Assembly (NCBI RefSeq): GCF_001194135.2
Contig: NC_069002.1
Location: 26,559,460 to 26,623,459 of the forward strand
Reading direction: 5' to 3'
Length of the DNA stretch: 64,000 bases
Origin: Octopus bimaculoides
Lineage: Eukaryota
Positions 12,485 through 25,740 of the stretch are shown here, one piece after another (position 1 is the stretch's first letter; every line of letters starts with the position of its first letter). The position numbers and the translations under genes are program-made. A model generated the notes under the pieces. That model saw only the letters and a program-made list of their open reading frames with translations. It did not search any database and was not told the origin of the DNA.

Positions 12485-12954
12485 CTTTGTGTTTGAGCTT
12501 GTTCTGCACCACTATTTCACAACCAGTGTTGGTACGTTTATTCTTTGAAACTTAGTTGTTTGGCAAGAAGTATTTGAAGAATAAAACAGTATAATCAGAG
12601 ATGTTTTGCCTTAAGCAAATAGAAATAAATGAGTGGGACCAAATTCTCTGTCGTTAGGAAGGAGGTATTTTGTTCGTCTCTTATAAAGAATTTTTGTCCA
12701 TAATGTTAGACTTTTACTCTTCCACTGAGCAAAATAATTTATCCCATTTGAATTATTTATTGAATAATAGTTCTATAGAATTTGGTCTCACTACGTGGTC
12801 ACCTTGGCCAAAGGCCTTCCTCTGCCTCAAACTGACCAAAGCCTTGAGAGTGGATTTGGTAGATGGAAAATGAAAAACATCATTGACATATATATATACA
12901 TATGTGTGTGTGCGTTTGGGTGTCTATGTATGTATGTATGTATGTATGTATCTA

Positions 12955-12992
<38 letters not shown>

Positions 12993-13064
12993 TAGATAGA
13001 TAGATAGATAGACAGATAGATAAATAGATAGATAGATAAATAGATCGATATAGGTGTGTGTATG

Positions 13065-13370
13065 TGTGTGGTTAGAGCATCGGGTTTACAATCATGAGGC
13101 TGTGAGTTCAATTCCAGGACTAGGTTGTGCATTGGATTCTTAAACTACAGTTCACTCAGCTGTAGAAATGAGTTGTGACATCACTGGTGCCAAGCTGTAT
13201 TGGCCCCTTTGCCTTTCTCTTGGATAACATCAGTGGTGTGAAGAGGGGAGGCTGGTACACATGGGTGACTGCTGGTTTTCCATAAACAACCTTGCCTGGA
13301 CTTGTGCCTTGGAGGGGAACTTTCTAGGTGCAATCCCATGGTCAGTCTTGATTGAAGAGGGTTTCTGACT
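13065..13370 (+). mobile_element. tRNA-headed SINE with a cagttcactcagctgtagaaatgag core
   Basis: tRNA-like head (gagttcaattcc); the body matches the reverse complement of ~52215-52395. Confidence 0.7.
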
Positions 13371-13658
13371 TTACACACACACACACACACATATAAATAA
13401 ATATTTGTATATCTGTTTANNNNNNNNNNNNNNNNNNNNNNNNNNNNNNNNNNNNNNNNNNNNNNNNNNNNNNNNNNNNNNNNNNNNNNNNNNNNNNNNN
13501 NNNNNNNNNNNNNNNNNNNNNNNNNNNNNNNNNNNNNNNNNNNNNNNNNNNNNNNNNNNNNNNNNNNNNNNNNNNNNNNNNNNNNNNNNNNNNNNNNNNN
13601 NNNNNNNNNNNNNNNNNNNNNNNNNNNNNNNNNNNNNNNNNNNNNNNNNNNNNNNNNN

Positions 13659-13712
<54 letters not shown>

Positions 13713-13919
13713 TATACATATATATACACATATAAATGTCTATGTATTTATCTACCTATATGTACATAGACATCTATATAAATATTTATATATATGTCTA
13801 TACACATATAGACAGATACATAGATATTTGTGTGTGTGCGTGTATACATGTATAAATATTTATCTGACTATCTATCTATGTATATATATATACACACACA
13901 CATACATAATATTTATGTA

Positions 13920-14163
13920 TCTATCTGTATGTATAAAGAAGCCCATCATATATATATATATGTTTGTGTGTTTGTGTTTGTCCCCCCAACATCACCAATG
14001 CTGGTATGTTTACATTCTTGTAACTTACCAGTTCTGCAAAAGAGACAGATAGAATAAGTACTAGGCTTACAAAGAATAAGTCCTGGGGTCAATTTGCTCG
14101 ACTAAAGGCGGTGCTCCAGTATGGCCACAGTCAAATGACCAAAACAAGTAATAGAATAAAAGA
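13920..14163 (+). mobile_element. SINE family A, 3' part
   Basis: gatagaataagtactaggcttacaaagaataagtcc...ctccagtatggccacagtcaaatgac; similar 3' halves at 22350-22575, 23460-23680 and 54715-54945. Confidence 0.85.
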
Positions 14164-15715
14164 ATATGTATAAATATTTGTGTGTGTGAGTGTGTGTAAT
14201 GTAGGGACTGTTGAGTAGCCATCTGTTTTCTCTACAAGTATCCTCTTCTTGTCCTCTCATCTAGGCTAAAGCCCTCTCTATTATACTCGCACTCACACAC
14301 AGAATGTTTTTAGTCTTGCAAGTTATATGGTGACCCCATTGGTGTTGGTGCTATGACAAAATCTGTCCATACATTCTGTAAGTAGGTTGATGTCAGGGAC
14401 AAAATCCAGCTGTAGAAAATCATACCAAAGCAGACATTAGAGCTCAATGCAGTGTCCAGTGACTCTCTGGGTCCTCTCGGATGCTCAAGCCCATACCTGT
14501 TCAGAAGACAGGCATTAAATGATGATGAGACATGCACTTATATGTATATAAAGGGACAGGAGAGGTAGAATGTGTCTATGTGCGTGCTTACATTTTCACT
14601 TCTCTGAAAATCATGGAGCTGCAAGTGATGACATTGTTGTCATTTCCCCTGTTGAGAAATTATCTGCTGATTTTGAGCCTCTGAAGCCATGTGGAATAAA
14701 TGATCCTTTACTTGAAAAATTGGTAAGGGTTAGTGACAGAAAGGGCATCCAGCTGTAAAACAATACCTCAGTAATATATATTCATCTAACCTATGCTGGC
14801 ATGAAAAAATGAACATAAATAAATTAATGAACTACATAAATTCAGAATAGCCGAAGATTAATGGTACATGTTCTGTGAGGAGAAGACAACTATCTCCGAA
14901 ACAGATCTGTAAAAGAATTTCAAATCATTTTTATGTTTACTGTAGTTATCTCCAATAGGAGGTCTTTCATATTGTCTGCAATTTCCACAATGAAGACTTT
15001 CAAATAAATAATGGTGCATTTCTTAATTTCTTATTTGGTTTTGTTGGTGACAGCATCATGAAAGTGACTTCTGATGTCCAGTGTCATGTGTCATGTTTTA
15101 GCATGAAAACATTGAAGAGATATTGTAATCATACTTTTGTACGACTCTGAGGAAATCTATTTGTACAAGCAAGTATAATATTTATGTGACTGATCGACCA
15201 GAAAACTCAGCTCTTTGATTCATCAACAGAACTGTTTCCTGTTGTAAAGCAGGCATCTCACCTATTGTACTGTTTCTCTTTCTTCCTATTGTGACTGAAA
15301 TTACATCACTTGGTGTGTCGCTCTCTACGTAGGCAAATCATCGTAAATACTTCAACAATGTAACCAGTCGGTTTTTAACATCAGTCAACAAATCTTATTG
15401 GCTAAATGCCCGAAATCTGAAGAAGGAAACAATGATGGTCTGCATCAGTAAAAATTAGTCAATAACGGAGTTCCGTAACTCTAATTGCTCTTTGTTCATT
15501 ATTCCTTACTCTGAAACGAAGAACAAGAGAGTTTGGTATCTTATTTATTGTGAACAAAATACAAGTAAAAAACATTTTTTTTTTTTAATGAACGGTGAGA
15601 TGAGTATTGTTTCAGCTTTTGCATCTCCATAAAACGAACTTGACACACAATCCACAATTTAGAATAAAGAGCTTCTACTCAGAACTAATCTGAGCTATCT
15701 AGGATAACCATAGCC

Positions 15716-15803
15716 CATACATACATACATACATGCATACATACATGCATACATACATACATACATATATACATACATACATACTTATTTATCTATATAT
15801 CTA

Positions 15804-15843
<40 letters not shown>

Positions 15844-15959
15844 TCTATTTGTCTATCTATTTATCTATTTGTCTATCTATCTATCTATTTGTCTGTCTAT
15901 CTAGCTATCTGTCTGTCTGTCTGTCTGCCTGTCTATCTGTCTGTCTGCCTGTCTGTCTA

Positions 15960-15990
<31 letters not shown>

Positions 15991-16083
15991 ATCTGTCTGT
16001 CAGTCTGTCTGTCTGTCTGCCTGCCTGTATGTCTGTCTGTCTGTCTGTTTGTCTGTCTATCTATCTATTTATCTATCTGTCTA

Positions 16084-16136
<53 letters not shown>

Positions 16137-16250
16137 TTGTCTGTCTATTTGTCTATTATCTATCTATTTGTCTGTCTGTCTATCTATCTATACATCTATC
16201 TGTCTGTCTGTCAGTCTATCTGTATGTCTGTCTGTCTGTCTATCTATCTT
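15716..16250. repeat. (CATA)n plus a long (TATC/TGTC)n tetranucleotide tract
   Basis: Direct reading; source of the LSIY/VCLS spurious ORFs. Confidence 0.95.
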
Positions 16251-16289
16251 AATGTACACTTTTCTATAGTTGGATGCACTTTTTGATAC

Positions 16290-16510
16290 CAGTCCTCACT
16301 TGTTTCCAAGCAACATAATACCTATGTGTATATATGCTCAAAATGAGGAGTTGATAGAAGCCGACAACTGATGAAGAGTCTTTTCTCTGTGTTTACTTGT
16401 CCTGTTTTCCATTTTTTCTCGTTATTTACGTATTTCACTCATTTTTCTCTCGTTTGTTTACATATTTCATGTTATTTGCACTGTTGGTGACATCCTGTAC
16501 CCATATATGC
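16290..16510 (+). mobile_element. Unclassified interspersed repeat (possibly Penelope-like terminal region)
   Basis: agccgacaactgatgaagagtc...ttacttgtcctgttttccattt...catcctgtacccatatatgc matches the reverse complement of ~37700-37930 and a fragment at ~61395-61445. Confidence 0.5.
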
Positions 16511-16843
16511 ATGTATATATATTATATATTATTTATTATTATTTAATTGAACGTGACACATCCATTTCCAAGTAAGNNNNNNNNNNCATACAAACATACA
16601 TACCCACTTACCCACCCTAGTCCTCTGTGCAGAATTTCAGCCATATATATTACAACCACTATAACTATTTTTATTGGCTAAATCCACACCACACCAGAAG
16701 GGATGAAACTGGTTATATGCAAGTTTAAAAAGATCTGATATATTTAAATATAATATTACACTTGTTTGTGTCTCTTTAATTTGTCTAAAATGATTACAAT
16801 AATTAGCTTAATGCTGTTGTGCATTTTTCACTCATTTGTGTGT

Positions 16844-16878
<35 letters not shown>

Positions 16879-17589
16879 CACATCTTGTTCAGAAATCTCT
16901 AACCAATTATCAAGCCACAGGGAAATATTAGCTTGTTTGGAAACAGATCAGAGATGGGTGACAGGATGAGCATTCAGTCAGGGAAGATCTACATCAACAA
17001 ATTCTGTCCAACCCATACAAACAGATTAAAGCAATGATAATTCATGTAAATGTTTTGTGGGACAAGCAGAAATAGAACTCAATACATAAGCACATATACT
17101 TTTTTTATTATGTTTTTTTTTAACTGGCAGGAAGTGTCAAAGGTGGCTCAGGGGCCGAAAGTTCAAATCTGAGAGCTTGTTGCTTGAAGGTTCACATAAA
17201 AATGCACATTTTCCCCCCAGACTAGTCTGAACACAACAAACTAATGCAAAGAGGTTAAATGCAGTCAAAAACCAAGTGAAATCTTTTCTGGCGATGTCGA
17301 TCTGTTTCAAAGGGCAGACCATTTGAGAATTATGCATTTTCATATACTTCTTTAATTTAATTATTAATTGAATGTTACAGAGAGAGAGTTGTAATTTACT
17401 CTAGATGAAGAATCAAGTTTAGAGGTTTAAAATCAGCTTGATAAATGTCCTGGATGAAACTCTCAGCCCTTGAGTCACTTCTGTATCTTTTTGTTGATTA
17501 AAAACAAATTAATAAAATATATATATGATTTTGTGTATGTGTATGTATGTGTATTTACATGCATGTACATACATATATACATAGGCAAT

Positions 17590-18001
17590 GGGGCTGAGTT
17601 CTTTTCAAGTGTTGGGCCTCATGGAGGTAAAGTCGCTGAGTTCCTTTTGAGCGTTGGGCCTCACGAAAGGCAGTGCTTGAAACCTTTGGCATGATATTGT
17701 GCTTGAGAAGAAGACACATCAAGCCGAGCAAAATCACAGTCGTGCCAGATAACAGTGTCACGCAAATTGGCACCTGTGCCAGTGGAGCGTAAAAGCACTC
17801 CAGTGTCACGCAATTGGCACCCATGCCAGTGGCACGTAAAAGCACCCATTACACTTTTGGATTGGTCGGCATTCGGAAGGGCATCCAGATGTAGAAAACC
17901 ATCCCAAATCAGACTGGAGTCTGGTTAAACTTTCCAGTGTGCCAGCTCGGTCAAACCATCCAACCCATGCCAGCATGGACAATGGATATTAAATGATGAT
18001 G
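17590..18001 (+). mobile_element. Repeat family D ending ...aacccatgccagcatgga...ttaaatgatgatgat
   Basis: Further copies at ~33170-33493 (+), 40262-40455 (+), 53856-54050 (-), 57376-57680 (-) and 60607-60888 (-); (GAT)n tail and an internal repeated gcacgtaaaagcac. Confidence 0.8.
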
Positions 18002-18132
18002 ATATATATGTGTATATGAGTATATATATGTGTACATATATATATGTGTGTATATTTATATATATTTATATGCACATATATATTTATGTATATGTATATA
18101 TATATATATATATATACACACAAATATGTATA

Positions 18133-18185
<53 letters not shown>

Positions 18186-19069
18186 NNNNNNNNNNNNNNN
18201 NNNNNNNNNNNNNNNNNNNNNNNNNNNNNNNNNNNNNNNNNNNNNNNNNNNNNNNNNNNNNNNNNNNNNNNNNNNNNNNNNNNNNNNNNNNNNNNNNNNN
18301 NNNNNNNNNNNNNNNNNNNNNNNNNNNNNNNNNNNNNNNNNNNNNNNNNNNNNNNNNNNNNNNNNNNNNNNNNNNNNNNNNNNNNNNNNNNNNNNNNNNN
18401 NNNNNNNNNNNNNNNNNNNNNNNNNNNNNNNNNNNNNNNNNNNNNNNNNNNNNNNNNNNNNNNNNNNNNNNNNNNNNNNNNNNNNNNNNNNNNNNNNNNN
18501 NNNNNNNNNNNNNNNNNNNNNNNNNNNNNNNNNNNNNNNNNNNNNNNNNNNNNNNNNNNNNNNNNNNNNNNNNNNNNNNNNNNNNNNNNNNNNNNNNNNN
18601 NNNNNNNNNNNNNNNNNNNNNNNNNNNNNNNNNNNNNNNNNNNNNNNNNNNNNNNNNNNNNNNNNNNNNNNNNNNNNNNNNNNNNNNNNNNNNNNNNNNN
18701 NNNNNNNNNNNNNNNNNNNNNNNNNNNNNNNNNNNNNNNNNNNNNNNNNNNNNNNNNNNNNNNNNNNNNNNNNNNNNNNNNNNNNNNNNNNNNNNNNNNN
18801 NNNNNNNNNNNNNNNNNNNNNNNNNNNNNNNNNNNNNNNNNNNNNNNNNNNNNNNNNNNNNNNNNNNNNNNNNNNNNNNNNNNNNNNNNNNNNNNNNNNN
18901 NNNNNNNNNNNNNNNNNNNNNNNNNNNNNNNNNNNNNNNNNNNNNNNNNNNNNNNNNNNNNNNNNNNNNNNNNNNNNNNNNNNNNNNNNNNNNNNNNNNN
19001 NNNNNNNNNNNNNNNNNNNNNNNNNNNNNNNNNNNNNNNNNNNNNNNNNNNNNNNNNNNNNNNNNNNNN

Positions 19070-19100
<31 letters not shown>

Positions 19101-20162
19101 GATATATATATATAACAGGATAACTCACTTTTGGCAGCTGGGTGTAGACCGGAGTAATGTGAAATGAAGTATTTTGCTCATGTCACCCCACAAGCATCAA
19201 AACCACAATCTTACAACCAAGAGTGCAAAGTCCTAACCATTATGCCATTGCATCTCCACACACACACACACTTATATATACAAAAAATTCTGTATATTTT
19301 TCATTTATATACATGTGTGTATGTGCGTGTGTGTTCGTATCTGTGTCTCTGCATTTGTCTGTGTGTCTGTAATTGTGTGTGTGTGTGTTTATGTCTGCAT
19401 GCGTTTTTTTAAAAGTGAAGCACAATGTTTGTCTTTCTTAGACTATTCAAATATTGTTTCATCCTTCAACCGTTTCGATGGTATTTCTTCAATAAACACA
19501 CTGCTGTCTTCCAGTCAACTCTGATGGCACACAACCTTAACTTCTGTCTCCTGACCTTGTCTCCTCTTTCCTCTCCCCCCCTCCACCCCCACCCCAGTTT
19601 TCCTTATTCTCATTGCCTACAGACAACACACAATACTCAGATATATATATATATATNNNNNNNNNNNNNNNNNNNNNNNNNNNNNNNNNNNNNNNNNNNN
19701 NNNNNNNNNNNNNNNNNNNNNNNNNNNNNNNNNNNNNNNNNNNNNNNNNNNNNNNNNNNNNNNNNNNNNNNNNNNNNNNNNNNNNNNNNNNNNNNNNNNN
19801 NNNNNNNNNNNNNNNNNNNNNNNNNNNNNNNNNNNNNNNNNNNNNNNNNNNNNNNNNNNNNNNNNNNNNNNNNNNNNNNNNNNNNNNNNNNNNNNNNNNN
19901 NNNNNNNNNNNNNNNNNNNNNNNNNNNNNNNNNNNNNNNNNNNNNNNNNNNNNNNNNNNNNNNNNNNNNNNNNNNNNNNNNNNNNNNNNNNNNNNNNNNN
20001 NNNNNNNNNNNNNNNNNNNNNNNNNNNNNNNNNNNNNNNNNNNNNNNNNNNNNNNNNNNNNNNNNNNNNNNNNNNNNNNNNNNNNNNNNNNNNNNNTAGA
20101 CATTTTCATATATGTGTGTGTGTATGTATGTATGTATGTATGTATGTATGTACATATGTGTC

Positions 20163-20202
<40 letters not shown>

Positions 20203-22312
20203 CACACACACACACACACACACACAGTACTCAACTTGCTTTCCATCTCCAGTTTCTGTCAGATCTGTTCTGCAAGCTTCTAAGACAAAAGCAACACATT
20301 CTTGCCTTGCAAGAAACGACAGTAGACCGGTGCAAGTCTAGCTTGATTGTTTTGAAAAGCCAGATGACCAGAACTATAGACTTGAAACCCCAGTCTACCT
20401 TGTCAGAATACCTGTTTACAAGCTAGATAAACAGCATTTATCCCTAGGATAGACTACTTGGGTCTTTCAATAAACCATTTGTTTGACTTTGTTTGTGTTT
20501 TCCTTTCATGTCTAATAACATTGTCGGACATGTTGTTCAGCTGAAGTTTCTGTCAAACAAAGCCTGTTTAAAACATCAGAGTCACTTTGAAAATATATAT
20601 TATGAATTCTTTGTTAAGTAATTAATTTTAATTTCTTTGTAATTAATTACTTTATAAAATAATAGCTTCATAATATTCACCTAATCCTTCTGGTTTTTTG
20701 TTTTTGTTTATTTCTCGCTCCCCTCACACTCTTATGTAACATCTCCCCTCTACCCTCTCCATACCATTTATATTCACTCCTACTGTGCCTTGTTGGAATG
20801 TCCCAATACATTTCCACTACCATTTATTCCCCCCTCTCTGTCTCCTCCTCACTCTGTCTATTTTTCTCTCTAACTCTGCCTCTCTCAGTCAGGTATCCCT
20901 TCTAGAGCAAGACACCTGTCTCTCTCCCTCTCTTATACTTTAACCACTCAATTAGCACAAAGCCATCTGTGAGTTTATGGTGTGCATGTGTGTGTGTGCA
21001 TGTGTTTGTATAGTGTGGTGTGTATAGTGTGTGTGTGTATGGTGTATGAGTGAGTGTGTGTGTGTGTGTGTGTGGTGTGTTTATAATGACCAAATGTGAC
21101 TCTGGTAATGCTCCCAAAGCATAATTTGGCCCATTTTGAAAACGGACATTGATAAAAGAAGGAAGAACCAGAGTGGAAATAAATACTGGTGTTGATAGCA
21201 TCAGCTAAAGCCCTGTGATGTCAGTGCTCCAGCCTGGCCACAACTGAATGACTAAACCTAAAAAAAAAAAAAAAACGAAAGGAGAAAAGAATTCTTGTCA
21301 AACATCTTTTGGCATTGACCAGAATTGAACCTGTCCTCCTCTGATTTGAATGCCCTTCTCACACTTCAGTGTCACACAACGAGCCTACCTTCTTTGGTAT
21401 GTCCCATGCTTGGCTTATCTTCTCTGGAGATCAACCACAGTCTTAACCGTTTTCCTCCAGATCTCCTCTGAAGGATAATCAAAACCTGCATGTGTGTGTG
21501 TATGGGCACGTGTGTGTGTGTGTTTCTACCCCAACTGCCATTTCCAGTGTTGTTAGCTGCTTGTTTTAGGACAGTTTCTTTCTCTCGCCCCAGTTATTCC
21601 AATTTCGGTTTCTTGACACAACAACAGATAACTGAACTGAGTAAACGGAACCTTCTGTTGTAAACGAACATTTCTTCGGTATCTGCTGCCATCACGCCAT
21701 CAGGTTCTTATCAGATATTCCTTATTCCAGTCAAAGAAAGATAAGCAGTGCTGGGTCCTACACACACTTTTGATTCACATGATTCGCTGAAGGGTTANNN
21801 NNNNNNNNNNNNNNNNNNNNNNNNNNNNNNNNNNNNNNNNNNNNNNNNNNNNNNNNNNNNNNNNNNNNNNNNNNNNNNNNNNNNNNNNNNNNNNNNNNNN
21901 NNNNNNNNNNNNNNNNNNNNNNNNNNNNNNNNNNNNNNNNNNNNNNNNNNNNNNNNNNNNNNNNNNNNNNNNNNNNNNNNNNNNNNNNNNNNNNNNNNNN
22001 NNNNNNNNNNNNNNNNNNNNNNNNNNNNNNNNNNNNNNNNNNNNNNNNNNNNNNNNNNNNNNNNNNNNNNNNNNNNNNNNNNNNNNNNNNNNNNNNNNNN
22101 NNNNNNNNNNNNNNNNNNNNNNNNNNNNNNNNNNNNNNNNNNNNNNNNNNNNNNNNNNNNNNNNNNNNNNNNNNNNNNNNNNNNNNNNNNNNNNNNNNNN
22201 NNNNNNNNNNNNNNNNNNNNNNNNNNNNNNNNNNNNNNNNNNNNNNNNNNNNNNNNNNNNNNNNNNNNNNNNNNNNNNNNNNNNNNNNNNNNNNNNNNNN
22301 NNNNNNNNNNNN

Positions 22313-22375
<63 letters not shown>

Positions 22376-23778
22376 TTGTTTGTCCTTCTACCATCACTTG
22401 ACAACCAATGTTAGTGTGTTTACGTCCCCGTGATTTAGTGGTTCAGCAAAAGAGACCAATAGAATAAGTACTAGGCTTACAAAGAATAAGTCCTGGGATC
22501 AATTTGTTCGACTAAAGGCGGTGCTCCAGCATGGCTGCAGTCAAATGAGAGAAACAAATAAAAGAATGAAAGAATAGCATATCTAGGACCACATTATGCA
22601 ATGTGCCCTTCCTGTTTTATGATGGTAAGATGGAGGTTTGAAGGAAATTCGGTTGCTATTTTCTGGTGGGTGCAACTTGGGCTGATACAATGGGCCGCCA
22701 GTGTCATCACAGGTATTACTGCCAATACACAAAGGACCAGAACAGATGCTGTAAGTCATCTCACCTGACCCTTCTCCCCCCCCCCCCNNNNNNNNNNNNN
22801 NNNNNNNNNNNNNNNNNNNNNNNNNNNNNNNNNNNNNNNNNNNNNNNNNNNNNNNNNNNNNNNNNNNNNNNNNNNNNNNNNNNNNNNNNNNNNNNNNNNN
22901 NNNNNNNNNNNNNNNNNNNNNNNNNNNNNNNNNNNNNNNNNNNNNNNNNNNNNNNNNNNNNNNNNNNNNNNNNNNNNNNNNNNNNNNNNNNNNNNNNNNN
23001 NNNNNNNNNNNNNNNNNNNNNNNNNNNNNNNNNNNNNNNNNNNNNNNNNNNNNNNNNNNNNNNNNNNNNNNNNNNNNNNNNNNNNNNNNNNNNNNNNNNN
23101 NNNNNNNNNNNNNNNNNNNNNNNNNNNNNNNNNNNNNNNNNNNNNNNNNNNNNNNNNNNNNNNNNNNNNNNNNNNNNNNNNNNNNNNNNNNNNNNNNNNN
23201 NNNNNNNNNNNNNNNNNNNNNNNNNNNNNNNNNNNNNNNNNNNNNNNNNNNNNNNNNNNNNNNNNNNNNNNNNNNNNNNNNNNNNNNNNNNNNNNNNNNN
23301 NNNNNNNNNNNNNNNNNNNNNNNNNNNNNNNNNNNNNNNNNNNNNNNNNNNNNNNNNNNNNNNNNNNNNNNNNNNNNNNNNNNNNNNNNNNNNNNNNNNN
23401 NNNNNNNNNNNNNNNNNNNNNNNNNNNNNNNNNNNNNNNNNNNNNNNNNNNTATATATATATATATATATATATTTGTCTGTGTCTGTGTTTGTCTCCCT
23501 AGCATTACTTGACAAACAATACTGGTGTGTTTACATGCCCGTAACTTAGCAGTTCGGCAAAAGAGACTGATAGAATGAGTACTAGGATGACAAAGAATCA
23601 GTCCTGGTGTCGATTTGTTCAACTAAAGTCAGTGCTCCAGCATGGCCACAATCAAATGACTGAAACAAATAAAAGAGTAAACATTCCAAAATTGCTGCTG
23701 CGTTGCCAAAGTTGAAGACATCAGGAACAACCACCTCACCAAGCTATTATTACCTAAATACACTTCCATAATTATTGG

Positions 23779-24222
23779 ATTCAAATTTTGGCACAAGGCC
23801 AGCAATTTGGGGGGAAGGGGTAAGTTGATTACATTAACCCCCGGTGTTCGACCAATACTTATTGACCACAAAAGGACAAAAGGCAAAGTTGACCTTGGTG
23901 GAATTTGAACTCAGAATGTTAAGATGAAATGCTGCTGAGCATTTTACCTGGCGTGCTAACGAATCTGCCAGTTTGCTGCGTTCACTCTTTTATAATTATT
24001 AATCTCATTAAGGTGGCAAGCTGGCAGAACCGTTAGCATGCTGGAGAAACTGCTAAGCGGTCTTTCACCCGCCGTTACATTCTGAGCTCAAATTCTGCTG
24101 AGGTCGACTTTACCGTTCATCCTTTCAGGGTCGATAAATTAAGTACCAGTTAAATACTGGGGTTGATGTAATGAATTCATCCCCTCCCTCAAAACTGCTG
24201 CCCTTGTGGCAAAATTTGAATC
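23779..24222. mobile_element. Head-to-head inverted pair of family B SINEs
   Basis: A minus copy at 23779-23983 and a plus copy at 24009-24222 are separated by ~25 nt. Confidence 0.85.
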
Positions 24223-24310
24223 CATAATTATTAATCAAGCCCCCTTCATTATTATTTCCCAATACTACCAAGATACTACAGACTCAGCAGCAATAGTGGA
24301 AACCATATTT

Positions 24311-24342
24311 CCACTGAAGATGGTTAAGAAGCCAGAAATGTT
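24311..24342 (+). ncRNA. Hammerhead-like core with stem II; stem I not recoverable
   Basis: CTGAAGA tggt taagaa gcca GAAA tgtt. Confidence 0.4.
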
Positions 24343-24567
24343 CAGAGTTGTCTTTCTTGATCACTTGCTTGCCAAGAAAGTAAAGTTAATTAACTCCTAA
24401 TATTTTTTTTCCTTAATCACAGCAGGTAACCCTTTTGTTACCATATTTTTGCTGAAACACATTGACTTTGCTTCAGTTAAATTTGAAAATGATGGAGAAT
24501 TTAGAAAGCAATCGTAGAAGATTTTTATTTAAACCAATTTAAAACAGGGACTTTGTATCATAAAGTT

Positions 24568-24598
<31 letters not shown>

Positions 24599-24609
24599 AG
24601 AGATACATG

Positions 24610-25030
24610 CATGGCTGGTTGTGTAGTAAGAGATTTGCTTCCCAACCACATAATTCTAGGTTCACTCCTTCTCCATGGCACCTTGGGCAAATGTCCTCAT
24701 AGCTTTGGGCTAATCAAAGCCTTGTGAGTAGATTTGGTTGACAGAAACTGAAAGCCTGTGAACTGCAAGCTGGTGAGCTGGCAGAATCGGTAGCACGCCG
24801 GGCGAAATGCTTAGTGGTATTTCGTCTGCCATTACGTTCTGAGTTCAAATTCCGCCATGGTCGACTTTGCCTTTCATCCTTTCGGGGTCAATAAATTAAG
24901 TACCAGTTACGTACTAGGGTCAATGCAATCGATTTAATGCCTTTGTCTGTCCTTGTTTGTCCGCTCTATGTTTAGCCCCTTGTGGGCAATATAAAAACAA
25001 AAAAGAAGCTGAAAGCCTGTCATACATATA

Positions 25031-25062
<32 letters not shown>

Positions 25063-25063
25063 C

Positions 25064-25132
<69 letters not shown>

Positions 25133-25400
25133 ATGTGTGTGTGTGTGTGTATTAGTGTCTCCTGACCTTGATATCACATGATAGTCGTAAATGAGTGCCA
25201 CTGTCATGCATGCAGTGTACGTAGTTTCCAGTCTTCAGTGAAAATATGTCAGATCATGGGGGAATAATTACCTCACTTGGAAACAGACGAAGGTTGGTAA
25301 CAGGAATTGCATCCAGCTGTAGAAAATCTGCCTCAACGCACTGTGTCCAACCCATACAAGCATGGGAAAGTGGACATTAAAACGATGATGATGATACATT
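24610..25400 (+). mobile_element. Family A head interrupted by a family B SINE (12-bp TSD), continuing into a (GAT)n-tailed 3' module
   Basis: ctgaaagcctgt occurs at 24748-24759 and 25009-25020, around the B copy. Confidence 0.75.
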
Positions 25401-25482
25401 GATGCAACTAAACATAAGAAATTGTCTGCAGATTTGTATATTTTAAGAAGATGCAAAATAAAGTGCTACGTAAAACACTTAC

Positions 25483-25740
25483 CTTGTTACGGTCGCTAAT
25501 AGCGCCGACCGAAATGTTTGTTTGTGTCAGTGCTGATGATGAAATTTTCAATAATTGATGTTTGGAAAATGTTCAGAAATGGTTTGTTTAATGTTTTGCA
25601 CGATTATACAGAAGATATTTCCAGAAGTTTCCACCGTTCCATTCGGCTTTGAATTAATTTCCTTCTTGGTCCAAACTGAAGCAAAGAACGGTTTTTTATG
25701 TGTCGTTTCAGCCGAGTTATAAAATATTGAGATCATTGTT
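25483..25740 (-). other. Possible non-coding (5' UTR) exon
   Basis: Unique, locally CpG-rich sequence ending in a consensus donor AAG|GTAAGT (exon end 25483); no long ORF; the 5' boundary is unknown. Confidence 0.25.

Noticed and set aside
15385-15435. ggctaaatgcccGAAAtCTGAAGAagg, containing both hammerhead core words
   Set aside because: The order and spacing leave no room for stems I and III.
16335-16410. gctc(g/a)aaatg...gccgacaaCTGATGAagag (also 37790-37870, minus) as a type-II or type-I hammerhead
   Set aside because: No GAAA follows stem II, and the upstream GAAA cannot be joined to a valid NUH site and stem I.
17989-19167. ORFs of 200-400 aa spanning N-runs (also 22583-23622, 41330-42579, 45008-45998, 62416-63439)
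   Set aside because: Artefacts of assembly gaps.
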